Shown here one piece after another: positions 8,422 through 17,264 of a stretch of 32,999 nt of DNA. The stretch comes from a virus (lineage: Duplodnaviria > Heunggongvirae > Uroviricota > Caudoviricetes), in the IMG/VR virus record IMGVR_UViG_2703718851_000003; one strand, 5' to 3'. A program made the position numbers and the translations under genes. Position 1 is the first letter of the stretch. Each line of letters starts with the position of its first letter. A model generated the notes under the pieces. The model did not search any database. It saw nothing but the letters and a program-made list of their open reading frames with translations, and was not told where the DNA came from.

Positions 8422-10431
8422 TTATACCTGCGCAACGTTATACCATGTGCCATTGATGTACTTTTGTATCGGCCTGAAGATGGCTTCATCATCGCCATCT
8501 ACTTCACCAATGATTCTTAATCCGGTAATCGTGTGTCCGGCTTTTTCATAACGACCACCTCGCGCCATCAATTGAACAACTCGCGTACCCAGGCGAACAT
8601 CTTTCACATAGCGGGAATCAAAATTTCCCCAGTTGCTGGGTTGCATCTGACCGTTAACAGCAAATATTACCGAGTTATCTGTATTTCGCTGGCTATAGAA
8701 ATGCCATCCGGCCTCATCGCCTAACTCTGCAACCACTGGACGGGTGGAAGCACCCCATAAATTAAAGGTAATATTCTTCGTGGATGTGTTAGAGCTGGAT
8801 AGCGAGAACTTTTTACTATCCCCTGCCTGAATATTTTTAAAAGCAATAGCCACTCCATTCTGAAAACGGAATACTCGCTGACTGTTAGCATAAACATCAA
8901 GAATACCGTCTCCATTCTGTTTAAATCCGGTATCATTATCACCAAGAACAATTGAGCTACCACCTAGTGCATTCGTCGTACCAACTCCAAAACAGCCATT
9001 AATGACGGCATTAACAAGAATATTTAGTGCATCCCATTTCAACGTCATCAGGTCTTTTGTTGTGGTACTCTGGCGGCTTCTCCATTTGAAATATTCATTG
9101 CCGTTATCCCCCGTTTCAAACCACATGTATGAATCAGTGTCACCATCGGCATCATTTTTAAATCCAATCTTCGCCCAGTCAGTATTTCGAATCCAGGCAA
9201 GGATTGAGTCGTTTTCAAAAGTAAGTCCACCGGACAAGGTATCGCCATTTTTTTGCACGGCGTTCCCGGCTCGGTTTACCGTTTCCTGTAAACCGAGATA
9301 TTCGATAACGGCGGCAACGGTCGATTTAGCCAGAATATCCCGCCCGACTTTTGTCAGGGTCGCCAGGCTGGCAACATCATTCCCCGTAAAATACGGAAAC
9401 CTGTCTGCCGCAGTAGCAAGCCCCGCCAGCGCCGTCAAAGTGGCATCTTTCGGTTGCTTACCCGCAAGCGCATTAGTCATGGTGGTAGCAAAATTCGGGT
9501 CATTGCCCAGCGCCGCCGCCAGCTCGTTCAGCGTATTCAGTGCGTCAGGCGACGAGTCTACAAGGGCGGCAATCGCGGCCATAACGAAAGCCGTGTTTGC
9601 GATCTGAGTATTATTCGTTCCCTGTCGCGCAGTTGGCGTCGTTGGCGTTCCGGTCAGTGCAGGGCTGTTTAATGGCGCTTTCTTGTTCGTTTCATCCATT
9701 ACCGTCTTAACGGCTTTTGGTGTTGCGGCGAGCGTTTCAGACATGCTGTTGGTCGCACTACTTAGCTGGACAAGACCTTTTCGCGCTGTGGTAGCGTCCT
9801 GTGCGGTATATTTCCCGTTAGCAAGGTCATATGCGGCCTTAACCGCTTTCGGCGTTGCGGCCAGTGTTTCAGACGTGCTGTTGGTCGCATTGCTTAACTG
9901 AGTAAAACCTTTTGCGGTCAGCGAGGCGTCCGGGTGACGTCGTGACTGTTCATGCTCTGCAATTTTGTCATCAACGTAATCCTGCGTCGCCATCACCGTT
10001 GTGGTGTCAATGGTCAGCTCCACTGAGGCCACACTGCTGACGATGATGACCATGCGACAGGTCTGCGAACGCCCTGAGCCTTCGGCAAGAGCTGGCTTAT
10101 AACTTTCGGCCATGTTCGCCACGGCAATTAATGTTCCCGCATCATCGTACAGGCCAAGCTCACGCATCCAGAAACCGCCCACCTCCGGCGGAATAACCAG
10201 CTCTGCGATAATATAATTACTGTTTCGTTTGTCCTGGCTGATTTTGTTCAGCGCATGTCGCCAGACTTCATGGATAAGCCCGGTCTGTCCGGCATCCGGG
10301 ACAGGCAATTTACCACCGCCATCCCCGACGGCCATCGTGGTAATGTTGACCTTCCGCCCTCCCGGCGCGGTTGCCGCTGCCAGCTTTGCTGCACCGGCAG
10401 TGGTGATAACGGTTTTAAATTTCGTGCTCAT
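8422..10431 (-). CDS. H: Tail fiber protein H
   Basis: 669-aa ORF; repeated SETLAATPKAVK motif; length as P2 gpH. Confidence 0.92.
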   Translation of the reverse strand: MSTKFKTVITTAGAAKLAAATAPGGRKVNITTMAVGDGGGKLPVPDAGQTGLIHEVWRHALNKISQDKRNSNYIIAELVIPPEVGGFWMRELGLYDDAGTLIAVANMAESYKPALAEGSGRSQTCRMVIIVSSVASVELTIDTTTVMATQDYVDDKIAEHEQSRRHPDASLTAKGFTQLSNATNSTSETLAATPKAVKAAYDLANGKYTAQDATTARKGLVQLSSATNSMSETLAATPKAVKTVMDETNKKAPLNSPALTGTPTTPTARQGTNNTQIANTAFVMAAIAALVDSSPDALNTLNELAAALGNDPNFATTMTNALAGKQPKDATLTALAGLATAADRFPYFTGNDVASLATLTKVGRDILAKSTVAAVIEYLGLQETVNRAGNAVQKNGDTLSGGLTFENDSILAWIRNTDWAKIGFKNDADGDTDSYMWFETGDNGNEYFKWRSRQSTTTKDLMTLKWDALNILVNAVINGCFGVGTTNALGGSSIVLGDNDTGFKQNGDGILDVYANSQRVFRFQNGVAIAFKNIQAGDSKKFSLSSSNTSTKNITFNLWGASTRPVVAELGDEAGWHFYSQRNTDNSVIFAVNGQMQPSNWGNFDSRYVKDVRLGTRVVQLMARGGRYEKAGHTITGLRIIGEVDGDDEAIFRPIQKYINGTWYNVAQV
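9706..9900 (-). repeat. Imperfect direct repeat of about 63 bp, two copies about 130 bp apart, inside the H tail fiber gene
   Basis: Copy 1 about 9706..9768 and copy 2 about 9838..9900; they encode the duplicated ...SETLAATPKAVK... segments of H. Confidence 0.8.
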
Positions 10432-10441
10432 TATTCCTCAC

Positions 10442-10972
10442 TTATCCGGGGTAAACCGTAATTACATCGCCGTCGTAAGCCACACCACCGGCGAACAGAT
10501 AGCCGGGAATGTCCCGGGTAATGTTCAGGCCAATAAGGTGGCGGCTTGCAGGTTTGGCATCGGCAATCAGCCGTTCCATTTCCTGATACATTGCCTCTGT
10601 GATACCGCTTTCCAGTACACCAATATCAAGCCGGAAGGTGCCGGGCGGGTCACTGTTTTCCCACCACTCCGTCACGTTGATGAGATAGCCGAGCGGCTCC
10701 ACCACACGCCGGATTGCACCTATCGTGCCCTTATGACAGTGGATGAAATAGGCATCGCGGATAACGGCGCGTTTTGTCGCTTCCGGCCACTTTTCATCCC
10801 ACCTGTCGACCGAAAACGCCCACGCCAGCCACGGCAGCAGATTTGCCGGACAGGTATCCGGGTTCCACAGCTCACGAATACTGACCGGCGTTTTTTCAAT
10901 TTCCGCACAGGCTTTTGCGGCGGCAACTTCAAGCGGTGATGAGCCGGTCGGCAGCAGTCGCGAATCACTCAT
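10442..10972 (-). CDS. I: Baseplate protein I
   Basis: 176-aa ORF; order J-I-H; length as P2 gpI. Confidence 0.9.
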   Translation of the reverse strand: MSDSRLLPTGSSPLEVAAAKACAEIEKTPVSIRELWNPDTCPANLLPWLAWAFSVDRWDEKWPEATKRAVIRDAYFIHCHKGTIGAIRRVVEPLGYLINVTEWWENSDPPGTFRLDIGVLESGITEAMYQEMERLIADAKPASRHLIGLNITRDIPGYLFAGGVAYDGDVITVYPG

Positions 10973-11873
10973 CCGAGCCTCCGGTCACGACGTGGTATTC
11001 GGTACAGAAAGACGCCTGCGTACTGTTGAGCACGATATCGACCAGTGGTGCAGCCAGTTCGACACGCTGCACGCCTTCCACATGCAAAGCGGCATAAATG
11101 GCAGACAGACGGATGTCGCGCCCCAGCCGGTGCTGTGCCGTGATGTACGCTTCCAGTTTTTTCACGGCAGCAGCGCGGATGGGTTCGCTTTCGGGACCAG
11201 GGTAAAGGTAAAGCGTGGCGTTTATCTGGTATTCAACGATGGCGGCAGACTGCACGGTCACGCGGTCGGCCACCGGCCTGACGTCCTCGCCATTAAGGGC
11301 GTTACGCACCACCGCCAGCAGGTCTTCGGATGCGACACCGTTATTTTCACGTGACAGCACAGAGATGGTGACGCAGGCCGGAGACGGACTGGTGACAGAG
11401 ATATCCGCGACACGCCCGTCGGCACTGCGACCATGATACTGATAAGCCCCCACCGACCCGGCGACGCTTAAACCTTCAAACGCCTGCTGAATACGCAGAC
11501 GATAATCCGTGTCAGATTCCATCACGGCCGGTGTCGGCGGGAGGGTCGAATCATCTGCCGGGGTGATAATCAGGCGTGTGGTGTTGTAATTGGCACCAAT
11601 CACATCAAGGTCATTACCGGCGGCACAGGCCAGCATCACCGCCCGTGCAGCCTCATTCACACGCTGACGCCAGATAAGCTCACGATAAGCATTTTCCTCC
11701 AGCAGTTTGACGAGAGGCTCGGATTCCAGCGTCAGGGTACGGGCGACCGCCTCCTGCTGGTCTTCCGGGTAAAGGGAAATCAGTGTCGCCTTGCGTTCAG
11801 CAAGAATGGTTTCAAAGTCCAGCTCCTCGACCACATCCGGTGCGGGTAGCTGGTTCAGGTCGATAATCGGCAT
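10965..11873 (-). CDS. J: Baseplate protein J
   Basis: 302-aa ORF; 8-nt overlap with I; length as P2 gpJ. Confidence 0.9.
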   Translation of the reverse strand: MPIIDLNQLPAPDVVEELDFETILAERKATLISLYPEDQQEAVARTLTLESEPLVKLLEENAYRELIWRQRVNEAARAVMLACAAGNDLDVIGANYNTTRLIITPADDSTLPPTPAVMESDTDYRLRIQQAFEGLSVAGSVGAYQYHGRSADGRVADISVTSPSPACVTISVLSRENNGVASEDLLAVVRNALNGEDVRPVADRVTVQSAAIVEYQINATLYLYPGPESEPIRAAAVKKLEAYITAQHRLGRDIRLSAIYAALHVEGVQRVELAAPLVDIVLNSTQASFCTEYHVVTGGSDE

Positions 11874-11877
11874 GGTT

Positions 11878-12225
11878 TCAACTCACAGGGATGGTTAACG
11901 AAAGTGGCTGGCCGGTGTCGTTGTGCAGGCCGGTTAACGTGACCGTCATTCGCCCGTCAAAACTGCGCGCCGTGGTGACGGATGACAGGGTGACGCGGGG
12001 TTCCCATTTCAGCACTGCCATGTAACAGGCGACTTTAATCTGCAACTCAAGCGCCGGGGTCTGCGGCTGGTCAATCATTGACGCCAGCAACGAGCCGTAA
12101 TCACGACGCATCACCCGTGAGCCGACCGGTGTGCGCAGGATATCGCCGATACTCTGGCTGATATGCTCAAGGTCAGTGACAGTCAGGCCATCACTGCGAT
12201 TCATTCCGAGATAACGCGCTGTCAT
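11878..12225 (-). CDS. W: Baseplate protein W
   Basis: 115-aa ORF; length as P2 gpW. Confidence 0.9.
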   Translation of the reverse strand: MTARYLGMNRSDGLTVTDLEHISQSIGDILRTPVGSRVMRRDYGSLLASMIDQPQTPALELQIKVACYMAVLKWEPRVTLSSVTTARSFDGRMTVTLTGLHNDTGQPLSLTIPVS

Positions 12226-12857
12226 AGAGGTCCCCCTGTTGTGCCGCCACTGTCGCCGGGGTGTTTATGGGTATGCAGTACCTTACCGTTTGATGAGAGT
12301 TCACCGCCGGTGTGTTCAATGTTGCCGCGCATCGTCCCGCCCTTCTGCACTTCCAGCGTGCCGGTAATCAGCCTGTTGGTGCAGACCACCTCCGGTGTGT
12401 CCAGGGTGACGCGGGTTGATGCTTTCACCATGACCACCGGCACCGTGGCAGTAACAGAATCAGAAGCCGTCACGCTGGCCGTTTTAATTCCGCTTACCGT
12501 AAGTGCACTGGTTTCGGGTTCATACTCAATCACCGCCCCGTCAGGGAAACGGATATGCAGGGCATCCGCCGACGCAGACGGCGCGGGGTTATCGCCGGAA
12601 TAAATCCCCGGCAGAACGAATGCCGTGTCGAGTTCACCGCCCACGGACAGAATCAGCACCTGTTCTCCCACGGAAGGTGCCCACCATGTGCGCGAACGAC
12701 CGGCGCGATGGGTCAGCCACTGAAGCCAGTCGGTGCACATGCCGCCGGTCTGCACGCGGCAGCGACCGGCGTTAAGGTCGGTTTCGACGATAATGCCGGT
12801 GCGAATCATGTTGCGCAGTGCGCGCGCGAGTTCCTGAATATTTGCGAGAGTGTTCAT
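12222..12857 (-). CDS. V: Baseplate spike protein V
   Basis: Track ORF begins with a TTG at 12875; the first ATG at 12857 gives 211 aa (MNTLANIQELARAL...), the P2 gpV length; ATGA overlap with the W start. Confidence 0.88.
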   Translation of the reverse strand: MNTLANIQELARALRNMIRTGIIVETDLNAGRCRVQTGGMCTDWLQWLTHRAGRSRTWWAPSVGEQVLILSVGGELDTAFVLPGIYSGDNPAPSASADALHIRFPDGAVIEYEPETSALTVSGIKTASVTASDSVTATVPVVMVKASTRVTLDTPEVVCTNRLITGTLEVQKGGTMRGNIEHTGGELSSNGKVLHTHKHPGDSGGTTGGPL

Positions 12858-12940
12858 GCATGTGAGATTGCACAATATATAAAAGTTATGCTATCTGGAT
12901 TCATTTGTAGAACTACCAGACAACATTCAAGGAGAGCGTA

Positions 12941-13726
12941 ATGGTCAGCTATAATGTGACTAATGTGTGGGGGCTAATCGTTTTTTTCCTTTGTAGCTTT
13001 GCAGTATTAGCATTTTTTAGCTTTGGTAAAAGCAACCTTATGAGGCTTATTGCACATTATTTCAATTTTGGATATTCAGACAAAAAATTAAAAAGACTTG
13101 ACCGCGAGTGGCGCGACATTCAACTATTTAAAATAATTAACGGAATCAATGTATCAGGCATTGAAAATGTGAGAATGATACAGCAGGGACTGATTGATGG
13201 AAAACTAAAAACATCGTATTTTTTCCTTACTCGCATCTGGGGTGACACAACAAAACCACCACACATAATTAAAACAATAATTGTAATTCTGACCAGTATT
13301 TTTTACATTCTCCTCGCATGTTACATACACAACAAACAATCCGTTATAGTAAGGGATGCCATAGGCATACCATATAAAAACATGATGTACTATGTTTATA
13401 GTGACAAAGTTCTTTTATCCTTCAAAAATAAAGCAGTTGAATTTAATAAAACTTATAGCCTTGCCGATTGCAAGAAACTGCAAAACGTATTTATAAAAGA
13501 CACACTTCCTGAGATCGCCTGCAATAAGCTCTTACAGCTAAACGAGGAGGACTCCGAATGGTTAAGCCAGGAGATTAAAGATAATAACAGTCACAAAAAA
13601 GCATTATTAATACTATCCCTCGTCTATTTCACTTCAGGTCTGGTTATATTCCTGTCATATACAAAATTCTTTTACGCCAATAAGAAGGTTTTAGAATACA
13701 AAGCATCAAATAAAAATCACTCATAA
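12941..13726 (+). CDS. AT-rich predicted membrane protein (three hydrophobic segments) at the orf30 locus
   Basis: 261-aa ORF with a strong AAGGAG Shine-Dalgarno 7 nt before the ATG; hydrophobic stretches VWGLIVFFLCSFAVLAFFSF, IIKTIIVILTSIFYILLACYI, ALLILSLVYFTSGLVIFLSY; opposite strand to the flanking V and S genes. Confidence 0.8.
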   Translation: MVSYNVTNVWGLIVFFLCSFAVLAFFSFGKSNLMRLIAHYFNFGYSDKKLKRLDREWRDIQLFKIINGINVSGIENVRMIQQGLIDGKLKTSYFFLTRIWGDTTKPPHIIKTIIVILTSIFYILLACYIHNKQSVIVRDAIGIPYKNMMYYVYSDKVLLSFKNKAVEFNKTYSLADCKKLQNVFIKDTLPEIACNKLLQLNEEDSEWLSQEIKDNNSHKKALLILSLVYFTSGLVIFLSYTKFFYANKKVLEYKASNKNHS

Positions 13727-13732
13727 ACCTCT

Positions 13733-13767
13733 AAACATTGAGCGACCAGCATGGCCGCTCAATGTTT
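13733..13767. terminator. 12-bp perfect-stem hairpin between convergent genes (orf30-locus gene and S)
   Basis: aaacattgagcg - 11-nt loop - cgctcaatgttt; sits between the plus-strand stop at 13726 and the minus-strand S stop at 13798. No long U-run on either side, so terminator function is inferred. Confidence 0.55.
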
Positions 13768-13797
13768 AATTGCGCATCAGCCTCTGCCTGGATAAAA

Positions 13798-14250
13798 CTA
13801 ACGCTCAAGGTGAGCCAGGATAATCTCTTCAATCATCTGCACATCCTCACCGGTAAAGCCGAGCAGAGGACGCGCCGGATAATCAATTTTCTTACCGTCT
13901 TTCCGGTTTTCTTCCGACAGACCGAACTGATGCACACTGGCGATTTTCGGTGACTTCCCGCCGTAAAATTCCATTGATGCCTGCTCCGGGCTGGCGCGGA
14001 TATGCAAAAAACGACTGGTGATAAGTTTCGCAAACATTTTTCGCTTAACACGACCGGTCTTTTTTCTGGCGCTCTGCTGCTGGCGTGGCGCGTAGGGTGT
14101 GCCGTCCGGGGCTTTCTGTGCCATCACCCGACGCTGCTGACTCTGCCGCAGGCGCTTCGCCAGTTCGGCACTCAGTCGCCGACGCCCTGACGGTGACAGC
14201 GATTCAATCAGCCCGGTCAGCCGGTCTTCAAAACGCTTAAACTCATTCAT
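13798..14250 (-). CDS. S: Tail completion protein S
   Basis: 150-aa ORF; length and order as P2 gpS. Confidence 0.88.
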   Translation of the reverse strand: MNEFKRFEDRLTGLIESLSPSGRRRLSAELAKRLRQSQQRRVMAQKAPDGTPYAPRQQQSARKKTGRVKRKMFAKLITSRFLHIRASPEQASMEFYGGKSPKIASVHQFGLSEENRKDGKKIDYPARPLLGFTGEDVQMIEEIILAHLER

Positions 14251-14710
14251 CCCACTTACTCACCAGTTCGCCATTGATATAAAGCTCCATCGGGCGGGTG
14301 ACCGGCTTCGGCGGCGGGGGTTCCGGGATATTCTTCACATGCAGTGCGCCGTCGACCTCACTGACCAGCGTGCGCTCGGTCAGCATCAGGCTGATGCTGA
14401 CATCAAAGCTGCTGTCATTGTTGATGTCTGCATAAAACGTGAAGCCCTTTTTCTGGCCTTCGTCGGTGGTCATGATGTCGGGCTGATTTTCCCGCAGCCA
14501 CGCCAGTACCGGCACGATGAGCAGGTCAAAATCACCGGTAAAGTCGGTCACAATGACATTGAGCGTGTAACGCTTTTCGAATGACAACGACGCCGCCAGC
14601 GTGGAGGCAATACTCCCGTTATCCACGAATATCCGCAGCATATCGGGGTTAGTTTTCAGCACCGTGACGGCATCAGTCAGCGCCCTGCGCAGGCTGTCGG
14701 GTTTGAGCAT
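14243..14710 (-). CDS. R: Tail completion protein R
   Basis: 155-aa ORF; length and order as P2 gpR. Confidence 0.88.
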   Translation of the reverse strand: MLKPDSLRRALTDAVTVLKTNPDMLRIFVDNGSIASTLAASLSFEKRYTLNVIVTDFTGDFDLLIVPVLAWLRENQPDIMTTDEGQKKGFTFYADINNDSSFDVSISLMLTERTLVSEVDGALHVKNIPEPPPPKPVTRPMELYINGELVSKWDE

Positions 14711-14963
14711 CGTTTTCGTCCTGACAGTGTTTAATCATTTTTACCTGGCTGGCACAGCGTGCCAGCGCGTTCTCAAGCTGCCGGATATCAGCACTTAAAT
14801 CGCCGTTCGTCTGCGGGTCACTGCCCGGCATCGGGCAAAGACTCACTTTCGGGCAGGCGTTGGCGACAATCACTGGCGTCGGTGCAGGCCGGACGCTGGT
14901 GCAACCGGCGCACAGCATCAGGCAGGCCAGCGCCGTACCAGCGGCGAAAATCTTCGTTTTCAT
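14673..14963 (-). CDS. lysC: Rz1-like outer-membrane lipoprotein spanin LysC, nested out of frame in the lysB 3' region
   Basis: 96 aa from the ATG at 14963 (MKTKIFAAGTALACLMLCAGC...); lipobox-like LCAGC; GAGG Shine-Dalgarno 9 nt upstream; overlaps lysB and extends into R. Confidence 0.8.
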   Translation of the reverse strand: MKTKIFAAGTALACLMLCAGCTSVRPAPTPVIVANACPKVSLCPMPGSDPQTNGDLSADIRQLENALARCASQVKMIKHCQDENDAQTRQPAQGAD

Positions 14964-15243
14964 TGAGTAACCTCGTGATGGTTTTCTCGCGCTGTGCTTC
15001 ACGCTTCGCGGCGTTTTCCAGTTCCTGACGCAGTGCAACCTGCGCCAGCTCGTTTTTGTCTGCCCTGGTGATGGCAACATGAAGCTGATTTTTCAGCATG
15101 GAGATAGTCGCCTGCTGTTCACTGGCGACGTTGTTCGCCCTGTCCAGTGAGGCGCGCAGTCTGGCGTTTTCATGCTTCGCCAGAAACAGCCCCGCCACCG
15201 CCAGCGATAACAACACGACCAGTGCAATCATCAGCCTTGACAT
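14818..15243 (-). CDS. lysB: Rz-like spanin LysB (inner-membrane component)
   Basis: 141-aa ORF with an N-terminal hydrophobic anchor (IALVVLLSLAVAGLFLA) and a charged coiled-coil-like body; position after lysA. Confidence 0.85.
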   Translation of the reverse strand: MSRLMIALVVLLSLAVAGLFLAKHENARLRASLDRANNVASEQQATISMLKNQLHVAITRADKNELAQVALRQELENAAKREAQREKTITRLLNENEDFRRWYGAGLPDAVRRLHQRPACTDASDCRQRLPESESLPDAGQ

Positions 15244-15656
15244 AGTTCCCGCCCCTCAAGACGCTGACGGCAGGCCGTGCGTATCAGCCGGAAAAACAGC
15301 GACGCCACGAGATAAATCAGCGCAGTAAAAATCCACCCGGCAGCGACCAGCGAGATAAACGTCGCCACCATCACTACCAGAGCCGCCGCCCGTCTGCGCC
15401 ACGGCACCGGCTGCAAAAACAGCGACGTGACAATCTTCACGGCCAGCGATTCCGGCGGCAGCTCCCGCCCGTAGCGTTCCAGTACATACTCAGTGGCATA
15501 CATGCCGACACCACCGGCAACCACACAGATAACCGTCGCCATAATCGCCCAGGCGGCGACAAAATTAACGGCCACGCTCTGCGGGTAAATCAGGGACAGT
15601 GCCAGCATCAGCGCCAGCGACACGTTCAGCGTCAGTGAAAGGGATAATTTCTTCAT
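15231..15656 (-). CDS. lysA: Lysis regulatory membrane protein LysA
   Basis: 141-aa ORF with several hydrophobic helices; between K and lysB as in P2. Confidence 0.85.
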   Translation of the reverse strand: MKKLSLSLTLNVSLALMLALSLIYPQSVAVNFVAAWAIMATVICVVAGGVGMYATEYVLERYGRELPPESLAVKIVTSLFLQPVPWRRRAAALVVMVATFISLVAAGWIFTALIYLVASLFFRLIRTACRQRLEGRELCQG

Positions 15657-15670
15657 GGTGTTTACTCCGT

Positions 15671-16168
15671 TTAAGCCGGTACGCCGCCAGCGGTACGCCA
15701 GACGGTGACCAGTTTTTCCAGTGAATGCTCACGCTGACCGTAACCGGCACCCGGCAGGGACGCCCAGATATTGCGACAGCGTGAAATGGCGCGCTCAATG
15801 CGTCCCGCCCGGATGTCATCCAGTGCACCGCGTTCGCGGATCAACTGAATGGCGAGTCTGTCCTGTGACAACGGACTGAAATCCGGCAGGGCAAGCTGTT
15901 TGCGGTAGTGCGGCCAGAACAGGTAAAGCTGCTGATAGCGACCGGAGGCCGTGGATTTTTCACCGCGACGGTTAAACACCTTCGCCGGTCGGCCATGCGC
16001 AAACGGGTGGTCACTGTAGTCAGTGAAAATTTCCGGCTTCCCGTCCAGTCCGGTGACTATCACGTCATAGCCCCGGTTTTTCGTCAGCGGATGATTCGCC
16101 GTCCCTTCGGACACGGCCAGCATGTCGAGAAAGGCCGCGATATTCTGATGCGTGTTAATTACCGGCAT
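15671..16168 (-). CDS. K: Endolysin (lysozyme) K
   Basis: 165-aa ORF; downstream of holin Y; length as P2 gpK. Confidence 0.9.
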   Translation of the reverse strand: MPVINTHQNIAAFLDMLAVSEGTANHPLTKNRGYDVIVTGLDGKPEIFTDYSDHPFAHGRPAKVFNRRGEKSTASGRYQQLYLFWPHYRKQLALPDFSPLSQDRLAIQLIRERGALDDIRAGRIERAISRCRNIWASLPGAGYGQREHSLEKLVTVWRTAGGVPA

Positions 16169-16449
16169 TACGGTTTCCCCCTGCCCTTAAAACGGCGCTG
16201 AATGGCAATCTCAATCACCTGATAACCGGCGATACCCAGCATGGAGCCGATGCCGCACACCGCAGGCAGTGACAGGTCAGGAAACTGCACCAGAACAACA
16301 CCGGCAACCATCGAGACAAAACCACCGAGCAACATGCGCCCGATAAACAGACGCGGGGTGATGGGTTCACCACCGGCAAGCACCTTGCCGACAACAATCA
16401 GCACCCCAATCATGAAAAGCGACAGGACGCTTTTTTCTTCTGCTGTCAT
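16168..16449 (-). CDS. Y: Holin Y
   Basis: 93-aa ORF with hydrophobic transmembrane segments; immediately upstream of the endolysin. Confidence 0.88.
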   Translation of the reverse strand: MTAEEKSVLSLFMIGVLIVVGKVLAGGEPITPRLFIGRMLLGGFVSMVAGVVLVQFPDLSLPAVCGIGSMLGIAGYQVIEIAIQRRFKGRGKP

Positions 16450-16452
16450 GCG

Positions 16453-16656
16453 TTACTCCCACAGATTGACAGTTTCAGCCACGGGCGCGGTCTGAACGTC
16501 GGGCAGTTCGACGGCGGTGCCGTGCGGCAGCACCGCACCCAGTTCAGCCAGTCCCGGATTTGCGGCGAGCACGGCTTCAACCACGCCCTCAGTGCGCCCG
16601 TAATACCGGACACAAATGGCGTCGAGCGTGTCGCCCTGTAGCGCAAAGGTCTTCAT
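16453..16656 (-). CDS. X: Tail protein X
   Basis: Track ORF trimmed to the ATG at 16656, giving 67 aa (MKTFALQGDTLDAICV...); one-nt overlap with the L stop; length as P2 gpX. Confidence 0.85.
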   Translation of the reverse strand: MKTFALQGDTLDAICVRYYGRTEGVVEAVLAANPGLAELGAVLPHGTAVELPDVQTAPVAETVNLWE

Positions 16657-17165
16657 CAGATTTGACTCACGATGCAGCGCGGCTTGTCCTGGATACGCGC
16701 CACCGCCCAGCGCATATCCCGCCACAGTTCATCAATGGTGCTGTCAATGCTGTCGGCCTTCTTGTCGCCTTTCGCACTGGCATCCACGCCGCGATAACGC
16801 TCATAAAGCGACGCGGTCGCCATCGCACACACGGCGCGCTCGTAGTAAAAAACTTTGATGCTTTCACCGTCGATATCGTCCGCCGGGACGTCCGCCAGAC
16901 GCGTAAAACCGGCGGCAATTTTCTGTTCGCGGTACTCGTACAGCTCCGCATTTGTTTCCGCCATACCTGACTTGATGGCCTCACGCAGACGGGCGGGGGC
17001 GACGGTCTGCTCAAGGCGCATACGTTCCCGGACGCGCTTCGGGTCGATATCGGGAAAAAAGAACGTGTTTTTAATCACCGGCTCGTCGCCTGCCGGTTGC
17101 GGGATGACCACCGTACCCTCACCGGACACGGGAGCCTCCTTTCGCGGAATAATCAGCGTCATCAT
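16656..17165 (-). CDS. L: Capsid completion protein L
   Basis: Track ORF trimmed to the ATG at 17165, giving 169 aa (MMTLIIPRKEAP...); length as P2 gpL. Confidence 0.85.
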   Translation of the reverse strand: MMTLIIPRKEAPVSGEGTVVIPQPAGDEPVIKNTFFFPDIDPKRVRERMRLEQTVAPARLREAIKSGMAETNAELYEYREQKIAAGFTRLADVPADDIDGESIKVFYYERAVCAMATASLYERYRGVDASAKGDKKADSIDSTIDELWRDMRWAVARIQDKPRCIVSQI

Positions 17166-17264
17166 GACTACCTCTGAAAAGTCGGGCGGTGGACGCCGGT
17201 ACAGCGTCAGGTGATTCACCCTCACTGACCGGCGTGCCGCCCTGGCGCGGGGCGCATTCGGTTG

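Noticed and set aside
9002-9607. Plus-strand 201-aa ORF
   Set aside because: Antisense inside tail fiber gene H.
8422-10431. Invertible tail-fiber segment (Mu Gin / P1 Cin type host-range switch)
   Set aside because: No invertase gene and no inverted repeats flanking the H 3' end; the repeats seen in H are direct.
12905-12923. Dyad TTGT-N11-ACAA upstream of V as an Ogr-dependent late promoter element
   Set aside because: Spacing is N11 rather than the TGT-N12-ACA I recall for P2 late promoters, and its centre is only about 57 nt from the V start codon, leaving no room for a leader. I could not find convincing TGT-N12-ACA dyads upstream of FI, O or P by eye, so late promoters are left unannotated.
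13738-13953. Plus-strand 71-aa ORF
   Set aside because: Starts inside the inter-genic hairpin and runs antisense into S.
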